The translations under genes and the position numbers were made by a program. Positions 51,563-61,327 of a stretch of DNA of 64,000 nucleotides are shown here, in pieces; within the stretch, counting starts at the first letter, position 1, and every line of letters begins with the position of its first letter. Source of the DNA: Bacilli bacterium (GTDB lineage Bacteria > Bacillota_I > Bacilli_A > ML615J-28 > CAG-698); contig JBMNLY010000001.1 in the NCBI GenBank assembly GCA_050953045.1, positions 279,879-343,878 on the forward strand. The letters are read 5' to 3'. The notes under the pieces were generated by a model. It had not been told where the DNA came from, did not search any database, and saw only the letters and a program-made list of their open reading frames with translations.

Positions 51563-52756
51563 TTAGACATTTGATAATAGCGTTTTTCGAAACATATCAT
51601 AGGGCTTTAAACGGAAGGGCACCCGAAACTTTACGATCTGTTTCGCATGCCGAGCAACAGCGATTGGCTCCATATTTTCATCATACATTTCTGTAATAAA
51701 AAACGCAGTATTGGAAAGATTCGGTCCGAAGAATTCGACTTCGGTTCCGACCTCGAAATAATTCCTTTCCTCAACTGTTACTATTCCCATTTCCTCATCA
51801 TAATCAAGGACAATACCGAGGAATTCATTTGTTGGTTGAGTGGAACTTTCATAAAGTTGAGCATCCTCTCCGGCTGTTTGATATAAAAAGCCGGTTGCGG
51901 TCGCACGATTTTCAGCTTTGTTGATCTCTTCTTCATAAAATTTAAAGTCCTTAATTTTACCGGTCTTAATGTATTCATCGATTAACATCCGGTAAACCCG
52001 AACAACAGTCGCTATATAATAGACCGATTTCATCCGACCTTCAATTTTTAGTGATTTTACACCCAAATCAATTAACTCCGGAACCGCCCTTAATCCCTGC
52101 AAATCTTTGGAACCCATTTTAAAATATCCCGGAAACACTTCTTCTCCTGCTTGGTAGAGTAAATAATTCCACCGACATGAATGCGCGCAACCGCCCCTGT
52201 TCGCATCTCGATTTGTTAAGTGATTGCTTAACATGCAGCGCCCGGAATAAGAGACACACATTCCGCCATGAATGAAGACTTCTAAATCAAGGTCAGTGTT
52301 TTCTCTGATTAAAGCAATTTCATGCAAACCGACTTCCCGAGCGAGAACCGCTCTTTTAAAGCCGTATTCTTTAAAGAAATTAAGGGTAGACGAATTAGAG
52401 GCGGAAAACTGAGTGCTGAGATGAAGTTCTAATTTCGGAGCGTGGCGTTTAGCCTTTTTTGCATAATACGGACTTGTGAGAATGATTCCGTCTACTTCGG
52501 CTCTTTCAAGTTCTTCTAGATATTCCGACAAGCCCTCTAAATCTTCGCCATGAGGAACGATATTCATCGTCACATATACTTTCGCATTATGTTCATGAGC
52601 AAACTTTACACCTTCCTCAATATCCGCAAGCGAAAAATTGCTGGCCCGGGCTCTTAAGCTGAATTGTTTACCGCCGATATAAACGGCATCGGCTCCGTAA
52701 TGAACCGCAATTTTAAGTTTTTCTAAATTTCCCGCCGGAGCTAGCAGTTCGATCAT
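51563..52756 (-). CDS. U32-family protein, tRNA hydroxylation TrhP2 (YrrO-like)
   Basis: ELLAPAG, HLSTQ, HGGMC.SYSGRC, NRGGCAHSCR, KIEGRMK. Confidence 0.92.
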   Translation of the reverse strand: MIELLAPAGNLEKLKIAVHYGADAVYIGGKQFSLRARASNFSLADIEEGVKFAHEHNAKVYVTMNIVPHGEDLEGLSEYLEELERAEVDGIILTSPYYAKKAKRHAPKLELHLSTQFSASNSSTLNFFKEYGFKRAVLAREVGLHEIALIRENTDLDLEVFIHGGMCVSYSGRCMLSNHLTNRDANRGGCAHSCRWNYLLYQAGEEVFPGYFKMGSKDLQGLRAVPELIDLGVKSLKIEGRMKSVYYIATVVRVYRMLIDEYIKTGKIKDFKFYEEEINKAENRATATGFLYQTAGEDAQLYESSTQPTNEFLGIVLDYDEEMGIVTVEERNYFEVGTEVEFFGPNLSNTAFFITEMYDENMEPIAVARHAKQIVKFRVPFRLKPYDMFRKTLLSNV

Positions 52757-53625
52757 TCTTCCTCCTTTAAAAGAACGCTTTTCTTTTCCAAAAAGCCTCT
52801 TTCAATATTTGCATTTATTTTAATTAATTCTTCATACAATGATTTAACTTCAGTTTCAGTGCTTGCTAGCGCTTTTTTATACAAAGAAATAATTTCTATT
52901 ACTTCTTCTTCCTCTATAAAAGTCGGATTGATTCGGCCGAATAAAAGCTCATCTTTTAAGTAAGGAAGCTCTAAAAAAAGCGCATAACGATAAGAAGTAT
53001 AAATAAAGGTCCCATGTTTAGACTCATAAACCGGGTAAAGCGCTTCTCTTTTTTCTTCTTGCAGATGCAACAAAGTATTATCTAGATTTTTGTTTAAGTT
53101 ATAGTGTTTGGAAAAACTACTTAAAAGCGGCCTTTTCGAATAAAAGATTTGATGGTGGCCGTAGATTTCAAAAATACCATTTCCGACCTTACTGATTGCA
53201 AGGATATCATTAAAATTAAGTTCGTTGCTGATGGCAACCTTAATTCCCATTTCTTTGTAAAGATACGCATCGGCGGAATTTGTAATCAGAGTTTTCGGAT
53301 TATAAATTAAGCGCCCTTCCTCACCTCGTTTTCGAAAATAAGAAAGAATCGAAAAGTCGCCAAAGATATAATAATCAATTCCCAGTTCTAAAAACTTTTC
53401 CAGCTTTGAGAATAAGAAAGACAGTTCATCTTCGGCGATGATCCTGTCGATGTTAAGAACGCTTATTAGCTTATTTTTCTGACAATACCTTACTATTTCT
53501 TCAATTTCCTCAAAAGCAAATAGTGATTCCACGGCACAAGAAAATTCTGAATCGGAAAAAATAAGTCCGTCTGCTTGGTATTTGGAGATGTTTGTTATAG
53601 ATTTCAAATCAGCAAGCAGTTTCAT
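52753..53625 (-). CDS. U32-family protein, TrhP1 (YrrN-like), divergent
   Basis: YNP.TLITN, EIYGH..IFYSKRPLL; position between trmR and trhP2. Confidence 0.75.
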   Translation of the reverse strand: MKLLADLKSITNISKYQADGLIFSDSEFSCAVESLFAFEEIEEIVRYCQKNKLISVLNIDRIIAEDELSFLFSKLEKFLELGIDYYIFGDFSILSYFRKRGEEGRLIYNPKTLITNSADAYLYKEMGIKVAISNELNFNDILAISKVGNGIFEIYGHHQIFYSKRPLLSSFSKHYNLNKNLDNTLLHLQEEKREALYPVYESKHGTFIYTSYRYALFLELPYLKDELLFGRINPTFIEEEEVIEIISLYKKALASTETEVKSLYEELIKINANIERGFLEKKSVLLKEEE

Positions 53626-54257
53626 CGTCTTTTCACCTTTCTGGAAACAGCAATTCCGTCCCCGATAGCAAAAAATTTGGTATCATAATTCCTATTTCTG
53701 GCTAAAAAATTATTATATGCTTCAACCTTTTCGACTAAATGACGAAGATTCTTGCTTTCAATCATTTTAGAATTATTTACAAAACCATGAAACAATAAAT
53801 TATCAGAAATGATGACCCCATCCGGAGTCAACAAGTGTTCGTATTTCTCAAAGAATTTAATATATTGAGCTTTGGAAGCGTCAATAAAAATAATGTCATA
53901 TTCCGAAGAGAGCTTGTCCAATTCAAATTCTAAAGCATCTCCTAAAAAGACATTGATTCTTTCGATTAATTTTGCTTTCCGAATGTTTTTGCTTGCTTCC
54001 GAAAACATAAATTCGCTTTTTTCAATCGTATCAATCAGAACTTCTTCGTCGTAAGTTGCAATATTTATCGCCCAAAAACCGATCGCTGTTCCGATTTCTA
54101 AAATTCTTTTTGGTTTTAAAACATCAAGCAAATGCAGGAAAAAAAGCAAAGCTTCATCGTTAATTACCGGTATTTTGTTTGTTTCCACATATTTTCTCAT
54201 ATCCTTAATTACTTTGCTAGTCGGCAAAACATTAAGGTTTCCAAAATATTCGTTCAT
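53622..54257 (-). CDS. O-methyltransferase (tRNA ho5U methyltransferase TrmR/YrrM-like)
   Basis: ILEIGTAIG, IFIDA.KAQY, SDNLLFHG. Confidence 0.88.
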   Translation of the reverse strand: MNEYFGNLNVLPTSKVIKDMRKYVETNKIPVINDEALLFFLHLLDVLKPKRILEIGTAIGFWAINIATYDEEVLIDTIEKSEFMFSEASKNIRKAKLIERINVFLGDALEFELDKLSSEYDIIFIDASKAQYIKFFEKYEHLLTPDGVIISDNLLFHGFVNNSKMIESKNLRHLVEKVEAYNNFLARNRNYDTKFFAIGDGIAVSRKVKRR

Positions 54258-54332
54258 GTTATCACCTTGAATATGAACTATTATACACTAAAACAACCTT
54301 TTATACAAGTATTTTATAAAAGCGGATATTTA

Positions 54333-55568
54333 TCATCCGCTTCTTTGTTTCGAAAGAAATTTAACTGCTTCCTTATATTTCGAACTCTTACATAAATAAT
54401 TAACATAATAATCCTCATAAGCCCGTGATAAAAGATGGTGATAATAAGTATTTCTTACCGGAAGCAAATTATACTTCAAATATTCAATTACCAAATGTTT
54501 CTTATCACTTGTCATTTTTAAAACGAAAAACCTGATCAATTTGTATAAAAAAGCATCGGTTTCTTGATAAGAATGTTTTTCTGCAATATCGACCGCCTGC
54601 CTCCAATAATTTTCGTCATTGATGTTATCGGCGGCATAAACCAAGAGCCCGATAAAGCGAACATCTTGAAACAAATCTTCTTTAATAATCTTATCAAAAA
54701 CTTCAAGATAGTTTCTTCCTTTGATTAAAATCACTAATTTCCAATAAAAAACTTCTTGGTAATAATCATAATCATCTGTTTCTTCTTGGAAATTCATTAT
54801 CTCCTTTTCTACCTCTTCATAATATTCCTCAGCTTTTAAGGAAAGTAACATTAATTTCATGATGGTTTGTTTCTTGGTAGGATAACCGATATTGATGTTT
54901 TTCATTAATTTTAAATAATGTTTCATCGCCATCGGATATCTTCCCAGATGTAAACCGACCCGAAAATGTTGTTCATGAATAAGCCAATTCAATTCCGGAT
55001 ATTCAAAATTATCATGTAAATAACGGAGATGATCATAGGCTTCGTTGAATTGATAAGTCTCGATATAATATTCTACAACCAAAAATAACATTACGCCGAC
55101 ATCATCACGAAGCAAGGTGTCCTTAATCTTATCTAAGGTCCGAATGACTTTTCGAAACTCGCGGTAATCTTTTTTGTTTAAAAAATATAAACCTTTGATT
55201 AAATAATTATTAGCATTAAAAATTGAATCTTCGATTTCTTCGTAAAGAACTTTTATACCTTCATAATTTCTGTTGAGATAATATTGTAAGAGCTTCCTGA
55301 TCCCATCTTCTAATATGTTCTTTCCAACCTTATCGTAATCAAGATTAACCTTTTCAAAGATTGCCTTAATATAAGATTCATCTGGTTCAATAGCGTTCTT
55401 CTCGACTTTACAGAGGTAACTGACCGAACATATCCCCTTTGCCATTTCCTCTAAAGTCATATGCCGTTTTAGCCTTTCGTTTTTAATAATCTGGCTGTAC
55501 AAGTAAGTTTTGTTACTTTTTGTTTTTCTGCGTAACAGTGCTTTGAGCTTTTCTGGTTTAGTTATCAT
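54333..55568 (-). CDS. XRE-HTH transcriptional regulator with helical C-terminal domain (RRNPP/NprR-like)
   Basis: R....MTLEEMAKGICSVSYLCKVEKN; 411 aa with Tyr-rich helical C-terminus. Confidence 0.7.
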   Translation of the reverse strand: MITKPEKLKALLRRKTKSNKTYLYSQIIKNERLKRHMTLEEMAKGICSVSYLCKVEKNAIEPDESYIKAIFEKVNLDYDKVGKNILEDGIRKLLQYYLNRNYEGIKVLYEEIEDSIFNANNYLIKGLYFLNKKDYREFRKVIRTLDKIKDTLLRDDVGVMLFLVVEYYIETYQFNEAYDHLRYLHDNFEYPELNWLIHEQHFRVGLHLGRYPMAMKHYLKLMKNINIGYPTKKQTIMKLMLLSLKAEEYYEEVEKEIMNFQEETDDYDYYQEVFYWKLVILIKGRNYLEVFDKIIKEDLFQDVRFIGLLVYAADNINDENYWRQAVDIAEKHSYQETDAFLYKLIRFFVLKMTSDKKHLVIEYLKYNLLPVRNTYYHHLLSRAYEDYYVNYLCKSSKYKEAVKFLSKQRSG

Positions 55569-55695
55569 TTCACCCCTCCTAATTAGGTATTATAAACCAA
55601 CAACTGAGAAAACTCAACCTTTTCAGTTTGAGAAATTTAGAGATATTTAGAAGAGATTTATAAGTATCCTAAATAGGAAAAAAATATTTCGAAAA

Positions 55696-55740
55696 AAGGA
55701 GAATAATCAGTGCTAATTAACAAATATTTATTATTCTCCT
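55696..55740 (-). terminator. Intrinsic terminator upstream of the regulator
   Basis: AGGAGAATAAT...ATTATTCTCCT followed by T tract on minus strand. Confidence 0.55.
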
Positions 55741-55761
55741 ACAATATAATCTTGTCTCGAT

Positions 55762-56077
55762 TTATGTTGTGCTAGATTCGTTTGGGTGAAAAGACCTAAA
55801 TCTTTCAAGCATAAAAACCAACCAGGTAAATGAAATAATAAAGATTAACCTCTGCCATATACCAGAGTAATCCAAAAGGTAAACATTAATATTGAAAGAA
55901 TCGTTGCTATTACCCAATAGCTAAATCTATTGTCCGAGGCTTTATTGTTTTTTCAATAAAAGCTGATGAAATTGTATAAAAAGTGAACGAAAAACCCACT
56001 AATGTTTCGAAAAGAGAATGTAATTTGTCTTCCAATGAATTAAAAATAACACCCTCAATAATAGGAGCATGATTCAT
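55762..56077 (-). pseudogene. Frameshifted C-terminal remnant of a membrane protein (DUF998-like)
   Basis: HAPI...EDKLHSLF.TLVGFSFT, then after a frameshift ILSILMF..DYSGIWQRLIFIISFTWL. Confidence 0.55.
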
Positions 56078-56133
56078 TTTTTCTTTTTCTAACTAACCGT
56101 TTTAAACCAACACTCAGGAAAACACAATCTCGG

Positions 56134-56877
56134 TTAGATATTTAATAAAAATGAATATTTTTTAAGTTCTCTTTCTGATTCACGAAAATCAGGAAGATGT
56201 TTTTTTAGGAAGGCTCGAAAAAGTTTGCCATGATTTGGATATAAAAGATGCGTAAATTCATGAAACATTACGTAATGAAGTAATTTCGCAGGCAAATGAA
56301 CTAAAGCACGATTGATGGTTATTCTTCCGGTTTTATAATTGCAGCTTCCCCATCTACTTTTCATTTTGCGGATGGTAAGATAAGTGCTTTGGGTAATTGA
56401 GTCTTTAAAGAGTGTTTTAACTCTTTCAAATTCTCCTTCAATATATGAATAATTGTCCCGGAGAAGTTTTTCAACCGCACTCTTGGGGTCATTTTGATAA
56501 TAAATTGTGTCATTACTGATTAAATAAGGTGTCTTTAAATCCGCATTTTGTTTTAACGAATAAAGTATACCTTTAAAATATGTTCTCTTAAATTCTAGAC
56601 ATGCAGATATTCCTAGTTCTTGATCATTAGCATCTAACTCGGATGCGGTCTTTTCCAACCAGGGGCGGTTCTTTTCTAAAAAACCTAACACAACCTTGTC
56701 GGAACAAAAGTGAGGACAACTGACCAAGATTCCCCCGGTTCGATTCATTTTGATAACTATCCGCTTCATCTTTTTTCTGGTGATTGTGACTGGATATTTT
56801 TTTTCATTAATTCTAAAACTAATTCCGGATTTCATATCATAAATTATATCATAAATTTTAACTTTTTGCTGCTTCAT
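56134..56877 (-). CDS. YgjP/DUF45 (M48-like) zinc-dependent hydrolase
   Basis: MKSRWGSC, YVMFHEFTHL...NH...F. Confidence 0.88.
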   Translation of the reverse strand: MKQQKVKIYDIIYDMKSGISFRINEKKYPVTITRKKMKRIVIKMNRTGGILVSCPHFCSDKVVLGFLEKNRPWLEKTASELDANDQELGISACLEFKRTYFKGILYSLKQNADLKTPYLISNDTIYYQNDPKSAVEKLLRDNYSYIEGEFERVKTLFKDSITQSTYLTIRKMKSRWGSCNYKTGRITINRALVHLPAKLLHYVMFHEFTHLLYPNHGKLFRAFLKKHLPDFRESERELKKYSFLLNI

Positions 56878-57478
56878 AACGATAATTATTGATGATTTTC
56901 TTTAATACATAATTATTTTTATTAATACTGAAATTGATGTTTTGGTAAAGAAGATAAACGAGGATAATCCAAGCAGCTAACCCAAAACGATTAACAAGAA
57001 CTATTACAAATAAAGCGCCTAAAAATAAATAGGAAGTTGTTGAGGCGAGGCGAAATTCTCTGAAAGGTGATTTAAAGAAACCGAGAAAGGCTTGAAGAAT
57101 CAAAAAGCCATCCAAGGGATAAATGGGAAGCAGATTGAAAACTATTAACAAGAGGTTATAGTTTAAAAACAGTTTTTTAAAATAGGGATTTGGTAAATAT
57201 CTTGAACCAAAAAACAACAAGAGATTTACAATGATACCGGCACCGTAAAGAAAGATTTGTTTGATCCAAGAAATATTTACTGTTTCTATTTTTAAAACCC
57301 CCCCGAGAACAGTAAAGGTTAAATGTTCAATCTTTACCCCATAGATTCTCGCAACCAAGTAATGACCTAATTCATGAGCGAAGATAACAAGAAAGAAGAT
57401 AAAGAATTCCAAATAAAAACCGGTAAAAATAAAAATGAAAAACAAAAGCGAAAGCGAATAATGAATTTTAATCTTCAT
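56858..57478 (-). CDS. spoIVFB: SpoIVFB-like M50 intramembrane metalloprotease (no CBS domain)
   Basis: HELGH, FNLLPIYPLDG; follows spoIVFA-like gene. Confidence 0.75.
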   Translation of the reverse strand: MKIKIHYSLSLLFFIFIFTGFYLEFFIFFLVIFAHELGHYLVARIYGVKIEHLTFTVLGGVLKIETVNISWIKQIFLYGAGIIVNLLLFFGSRYLPNPYFKKLFLNYNLLLIVFNLLPIYPLDGFLILQAFLGFFKSPFREFRLASTTSYLFLGALFVIVLVNRFGLAAWIILVYLLYQNINFSINKNNYVLKKIINNYRYEAAKS

Positions 57479-58026
57479 CAGGCAAAAAGATCAACCGGTT
57501 CTCCTTTGGAATAAACATAGAATCTAAAGAAATTCTTATCATTCTTCCGTCCCGGAAGACCGATAATATCCCCGCTTTTTAAATATTTGTAAATATTAAC
57601 ATCAATGCTTTCTAAATTATTATAGACATATTCATAACCGTCAATGCCTTTTACGGTTACTTCATATAATCCGTTAACCTTATGAATCTTAACGACTACT
57701 CCCGCTTTATAATTCTCGACCCCTTGATAATCATCCAAGACAATCAATCTTCCGTTTTTAATCACCTGCGAGTTTTGGTAAACTTGATAGGTCGGAGCGG
57801 AAACTTGATCGGTAATATCAACGGGAAGAAGAAAGCTTTCCTTACCGTTAAGCTTTTGAATAAAGGGGAGAATATTTATATGTTCCGCAAACGGCTGTCT
57901 CACTTTCTCCAGTTTTACAACCTTTACTTGGTCTAAAAACACGATTGCAAACAAGAAAGCAGAACAAATCAACAGCTTGTATAAAAAACGGTCGATAAGG
58001 TTGAAATCATCTTTTTCCATGAACAT
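57478..58026 (-). CDS. SpoIVFA-like protein (TM plus degenerate M23 domain)
   Basis: KLLICSAFLFAI TM, G.VV...Y.NL..IDV..Y...K.GD.IG; upstream of spoIVFB. Confidence 0.6.
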   Translation of the reverse strand: MFMEKDDFNLIDRFLYKLLICSAFLFAIVFLDQVKVVKLEKVRQPFAEHINILPFIQKLNGKESFLLPVDITDQVSAPTYQVYQNSQVIKNGRLIVLDDYQGVENYKAGVVVKIHKVNGLYEVTVKGIDGYEYVYNNLESIDVNIYKYLKSGDIIGLPGRKNDKNFFRFYVYSKGEPVDLFA

Positions 58027-58070
58027 ATCACCTCGATTACTAGCATTATATGAAGGACCAGTCCATTTTA

Positions 58071-58748
58071 TTATATTTTCTTGTTTTCAAGGAAACTATA
58101 ATACTTGTTCTTGCCGACAATGATATGATCAACAACGATGATATCCATGAGTTTCGCCGCTTCCACTATCCTCCTTGTGACTTGAAAATCCTCCTTGCTT
58201 GGAAGCGGATTTCCGGAAGGATGGTTATGAGCGATGATGATACCGGTTGCGGAATATTTTAAACCCCATTTTAAAACATCTTTCGGATTAATAATGGTTT
58301 GATTGACAGTACCGATACTGATGGTTTTGGTGGCGATTGCTTCACTTTGAGTATTCAGATAAACGCAAACCAAATGCTCCTGACTTTCATTTTGGATAAT
58401 CTCTTTTAAATAAGCATAGGATTGATACGGATTGGATAGCACTAATTTCGGAGTTACGGGCAGATTTATTCTTCTTCCCAATTCAATCGCAGCAAGTATT
58501 TCAATCGCTTTGGCTTCACCGATGCCTTTTATTTTCTTTAGTTCCGTAACCGTTGCTTCGTTTAAGCGATTAAGATTCTGAAATTCTATCAATACCCTTT
58601 TCGCAAGATCCAATACCGAGAGATTCTTAGTTCCGGTCCGAAGAATAATTGCGAGCAACTCATGGTCGGAAAGCGAACGCACACCATATTTAATCAGTCT
58701 TTCCCTCGGCCGGTCGCTTGCGGGAATCTCCTTTACTAAAAAACTCAT
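58071..58748 (-). CDS. radC: RadC/JAB-domain protein
   Basis: RPRERL, ELLAIILRTG, GIGEAKA, HNHPSG.P.PS..D, DHII. Confidence 0.95.
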   Translation of the reverse strand: MSFLVKEIPASDRPRERLIKYGVRSLSDHELLAIILRTGTKNLSVLDLAKRVLIEFQNLNRLNEATVTELKKIKGIGEAKAIEILAAIELGRRINLPVTPKLVLSNPYQSYAYLKEIIQNESQEHLVCVYLNTQSEAIATKTISIGTVNQTIINPKDVLKWGLKYSATGIIIAHNHPSGNPLPSKEDFQVTRRIVEAAKLMDIIVVDHIIVGKNKYYSFLENKKI

Positions 58749-58797
58749 CCCTACCTCCTTCATTATTATATTAGAGGCAGGGATGATGATTTCGTTT

Positions 58798-59400
58798 TTA
58801 AGCAAGTGTTTCTACAATAAGTCGATATGCATCCAGTTGTAAGAGTAGGAGAGTTGACTCCGAATCATAATCTTCCTTTAGAAAGGATATGACGACTAAG
58901 ACTTCCGGATATTTGCGATTTAAAGCATATTTCGGACTCACTTCAACTTCTTTATCTTCCAAACTGTTCAAAAGATTGTTAATGCATTCGCTCCAAAATT
59001 CACATTCTTCATCATTTTCAATCACAGAATTTAGTTTATCCAATAAGTATTCTTTAACGACAATCGTATGAATGCCATGATCCAGATATCTTGCTGCCAA
59101 ACTAGCAAGGTTCTCTTCTTCTAAAGCAATGCCGCCATAGATATAATGGGAATTGTTCCCTTTTTTGACTGCCACAGCCTTCAGGCCTTTTTTATTAAGG
59201 TCTTCCAAAATTTTAAAGGCTTCAGAAGGTTCTTCCACTTTTGCTACCTGCAGGAGATGGACATACCCCTTTTCTGTAATTGCCGGTTTGTCTTCGGGCT
59301 TCTCATTAAGATTGATTCGCGAAGATAGGAAGAAGCCGAGGATGCAACCGATGACCAAACCAAGTAGCATTCCAAAGATATCAATTTCCCTTTTTTTCAT
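58798..59400 (-). CDS. Hypothetical membrane-anchored protein (position of spoIIB in Bacillus)
   Basis: N-terminal TM, then a SPOR-like YVHLLQVA segment; GGGGGAG RBS. Confidence 0.6.
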   Translation of the reverse strand: MKKREIDIFGMLLGLVIGCILGFFLSSRINLNEKPEDKPAITEKGYVHLLQVAKVEEPSEAFKILEDLNKKGLKAVAVKKGNNSHYIYGGIALEEENLASLAARYLDHGIHTIVVKEYLLDKLNSVIENDEECEFWSECINNLLNSLEDKEVEVSPKYALNRKYPEVLVVISFLKEDYDSESTLLLLQLDAYRLIVETLA

Positions 59401-59517
59401 ACATATACTCCCCCTTATGGACAAGTATATTGAAATTGGCAAAGGAAAAATGTCAAAAAAAGATAGACGAATCTATCTTTTTGTTACGGTTAAAATACAA
59501 TATCTTTTTTGTTTTTG

Positions 59518-60786
59518 TCAAGAGAATGAGGGAAACTTATGGAGGACATCGCTCACTAAATATAAGCTTCCGCAAAACACCGTTATTCCTTTAGTTGTTT
59601 TTGCTTCTAATAATAAACTCTCCAAATTCTCTTCAATTCGCTTCCGGGGATGGTTTGAAATTGCATAAAGCAGTTTCGCATCATCGCTCCTGTGATAGGA
59701 ATAACGAGAAAAGACTATTTCATCCGCCACTGCTTCGATTATCGGAAGCATTTTTTCTTTGGCTTTGTCGTGGGAAACAGCAAAAATAATTCTTAAGAAG
59801 TTTTCGCCTTTAACCGTTCTTAAAAACTCTGCAAGACTGATTATCCCGCCCAAATTATGGGCTCCGTCAACCAGTATTACCGGCTCCTGCATCAAAAGTT
59901 GGAGCCTTCCGGGCCAAAAAGTTTTTAAGAGTCCTCGATAAATATCTTCGCGCCTAACAAGATAAGTCTTTCTTAACTCTCGGATCACTTCAAGAGCCAG
60001 CACGGCATTTAAAGCTTGATGACGACCAAGTAAACTCAGTTTCAGATCCTTAAAATCCTCATAATCAAAGAGAGTTTCTGAAAGACTGACTCGGACATTC
60101 CTAAGGTCCTCTTTATTTATTAAAACCAAGGGGCTTTGCTTTTTCCGACATGTTGCTTTAAAAAGCTCTCTTAACTCAGGATTATCGCATGTAATTAAAG
60201 GTACTCCCTCTTTTACAATCCCGAGCTTATTTTCCGCAATCTCTTCCAAACTATCTCCCAAGACATTCATGTGGTCATAAGAGACATTCGTAATTACAGT
60301 TACCAAAGGTTTAACTATATTCGTCGCATCAAGCAAACCACCTAAACCGACCTCGAGCACCACAAAATCAAGTTTTTCTAATCTTGAAAAATAAACAAAA
60401 GCAGCTAAAGTTACAAATTCAAAAAAAGAAAGTGGGTCAAGATTATTCGCTTCCAAAAGCGGATATTTAGAAATAATATAATTTCCGATTTCAAGCAATT
60501 TTTCATCAGAGATAAACTCACAGTTATAAGAAATTCTTTCATTAAATTTAAGTACATAGGGCGAAATATAGGTTGCGACATTATATCCCGCTTCCTGAAG
60601 AATGTTCTTAACAAAAGCTACGGTTGAACCTTTGCCGTTAGTGCCGCCGATATGGATGTATTTTAAATCCTTTTCCGGTCTCCCGTAAAGCTCACATATC
60701 CTATTAAATCTTTCCAAAGAAACTTTTGGCGTTAAACGCTTTTGCGCTTCAATCCAAGTAATCAAATCTTGAGCATTATTAAACAT
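59518..60786 (-). CDS. folC: Folylpolyglutamate synthase/dihydrofolate synthase
   Basis: HIGGTNGKGS, EVGLGGLLDATN, WPGR, DGAHN. Confidence 0.96.
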   Translation of the reverse strand: MFNNAQDLITWIEAQKRLTPKVSLERFNRICELYGRPEKDLKYIHIGGTNGKGSTVAFVKNILQEAGYNVATYISPYVLKFNERISYNCEFISDEKLLEIGNYIISKYPLLEANNLDPLSFFEFVTLAAFVYFSRLEKLDFVVLEVGLGGLLDATNIVKPLVTVITNVSYDHMNVLGDSLEEIAENKLGIVKEGVPLITCDNPELRELFKATCRKKQSPLVLINKEDLRNVRVSLSETLFDYEDFKDLKLSLLGRHQALNAVLALEVIRELRKTYLVRREDIYRGLLKTFWPGRLQLLMQEPVILVDGAHNLGGIISLAEFLRTVKGENFLRIIFAVSHDKAKEKMLPIIEAVADEIVFSRYSYHRSDDAKLLYAISNHPRKRIEENLESLLLEAKTTKGITVFCGSLYLVSDVLHKFPSFS

Positions 60787-61327
60787 TTTCCACCTGACAA
60801 TATGCTAATAATCTTTCGTGTAATCTCAGGAAATGATTTAAATTCTTTACTTCTCCTTCCAGAAGTTCCGTTTCTAAAATTCCTGCGATTTTGTATAAGA
60901 GTTTGGCTCCGGTATAAAGAGTAAACCCCCGAACTTTATGAACTAAATCTCGCATTGCTTGATATTCTTGCTTAGCAAGATATTTTTCTAATTTGGCTTT
61001 TAAATCATGATATTCTTCAAAATATAATTTTAAGGAACGAAAATATAATCTTTCGCTTCCGCCAAGCATCTCTAAAGCGAGATTCTTATCTAACTCATTT
61101 TTTCGTAGTTTCTCAATTCCCTTTAAAATTAATTCTTGCAGTTTTTCTTCCCTAAACTCAATTTCTTCTTCGGTTAAAACAAGAACAAGTTTACCGGAAT
61201 CAAGTTTAACAACCAAATCATAAACTGAATATTCTCCCTCCACAGTTTGAAAATCAACTTCAAATTCATCCCTTTCCGGTAAAGTGACCGGCTTACCGAT
61301 GATAAGTACTCGGTAAGCCATAATCAC
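60779..61327 (-). CDS. Hpt (histidine phosphotransfer) domain protein
   Basis: ALEMLGG..LY...L..Y, VHKVRG....GA..L...A..LE. Confidence 0.65.
   Translation of the reverse strand: MIMAYRVLIIGKPVTLPERDEFEVDFQTVEGEYSVYDLVVKLDSGKLVLVLTEEEIEFREEKLQELILKGIEKLRKNELDKNLALEMLGGSERLYFRSLKLYFEEYHDLKAKLEKYLAKQEYQAMRDLVHKVRGFTLYTGAKLLYKIAGILETELLEGEVKNLNHFLRLHERLLAYCQVENV

Noticed and set aside
55710-55775. Divergent 21-codon hydrophobic ORF (GTG start) as a possible quorum-sensing peptide
   Set aside because: Its apparent RBS is one arm of a terminator hairpin, and it lacks a typical basic signal-peptide N-terminus
59153-59668. 171-aa plus-strand ORF and the many other antisense or nested ORFs in the track
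   Set aside because: Shadows of well-supported genes, with no recognisable motifs
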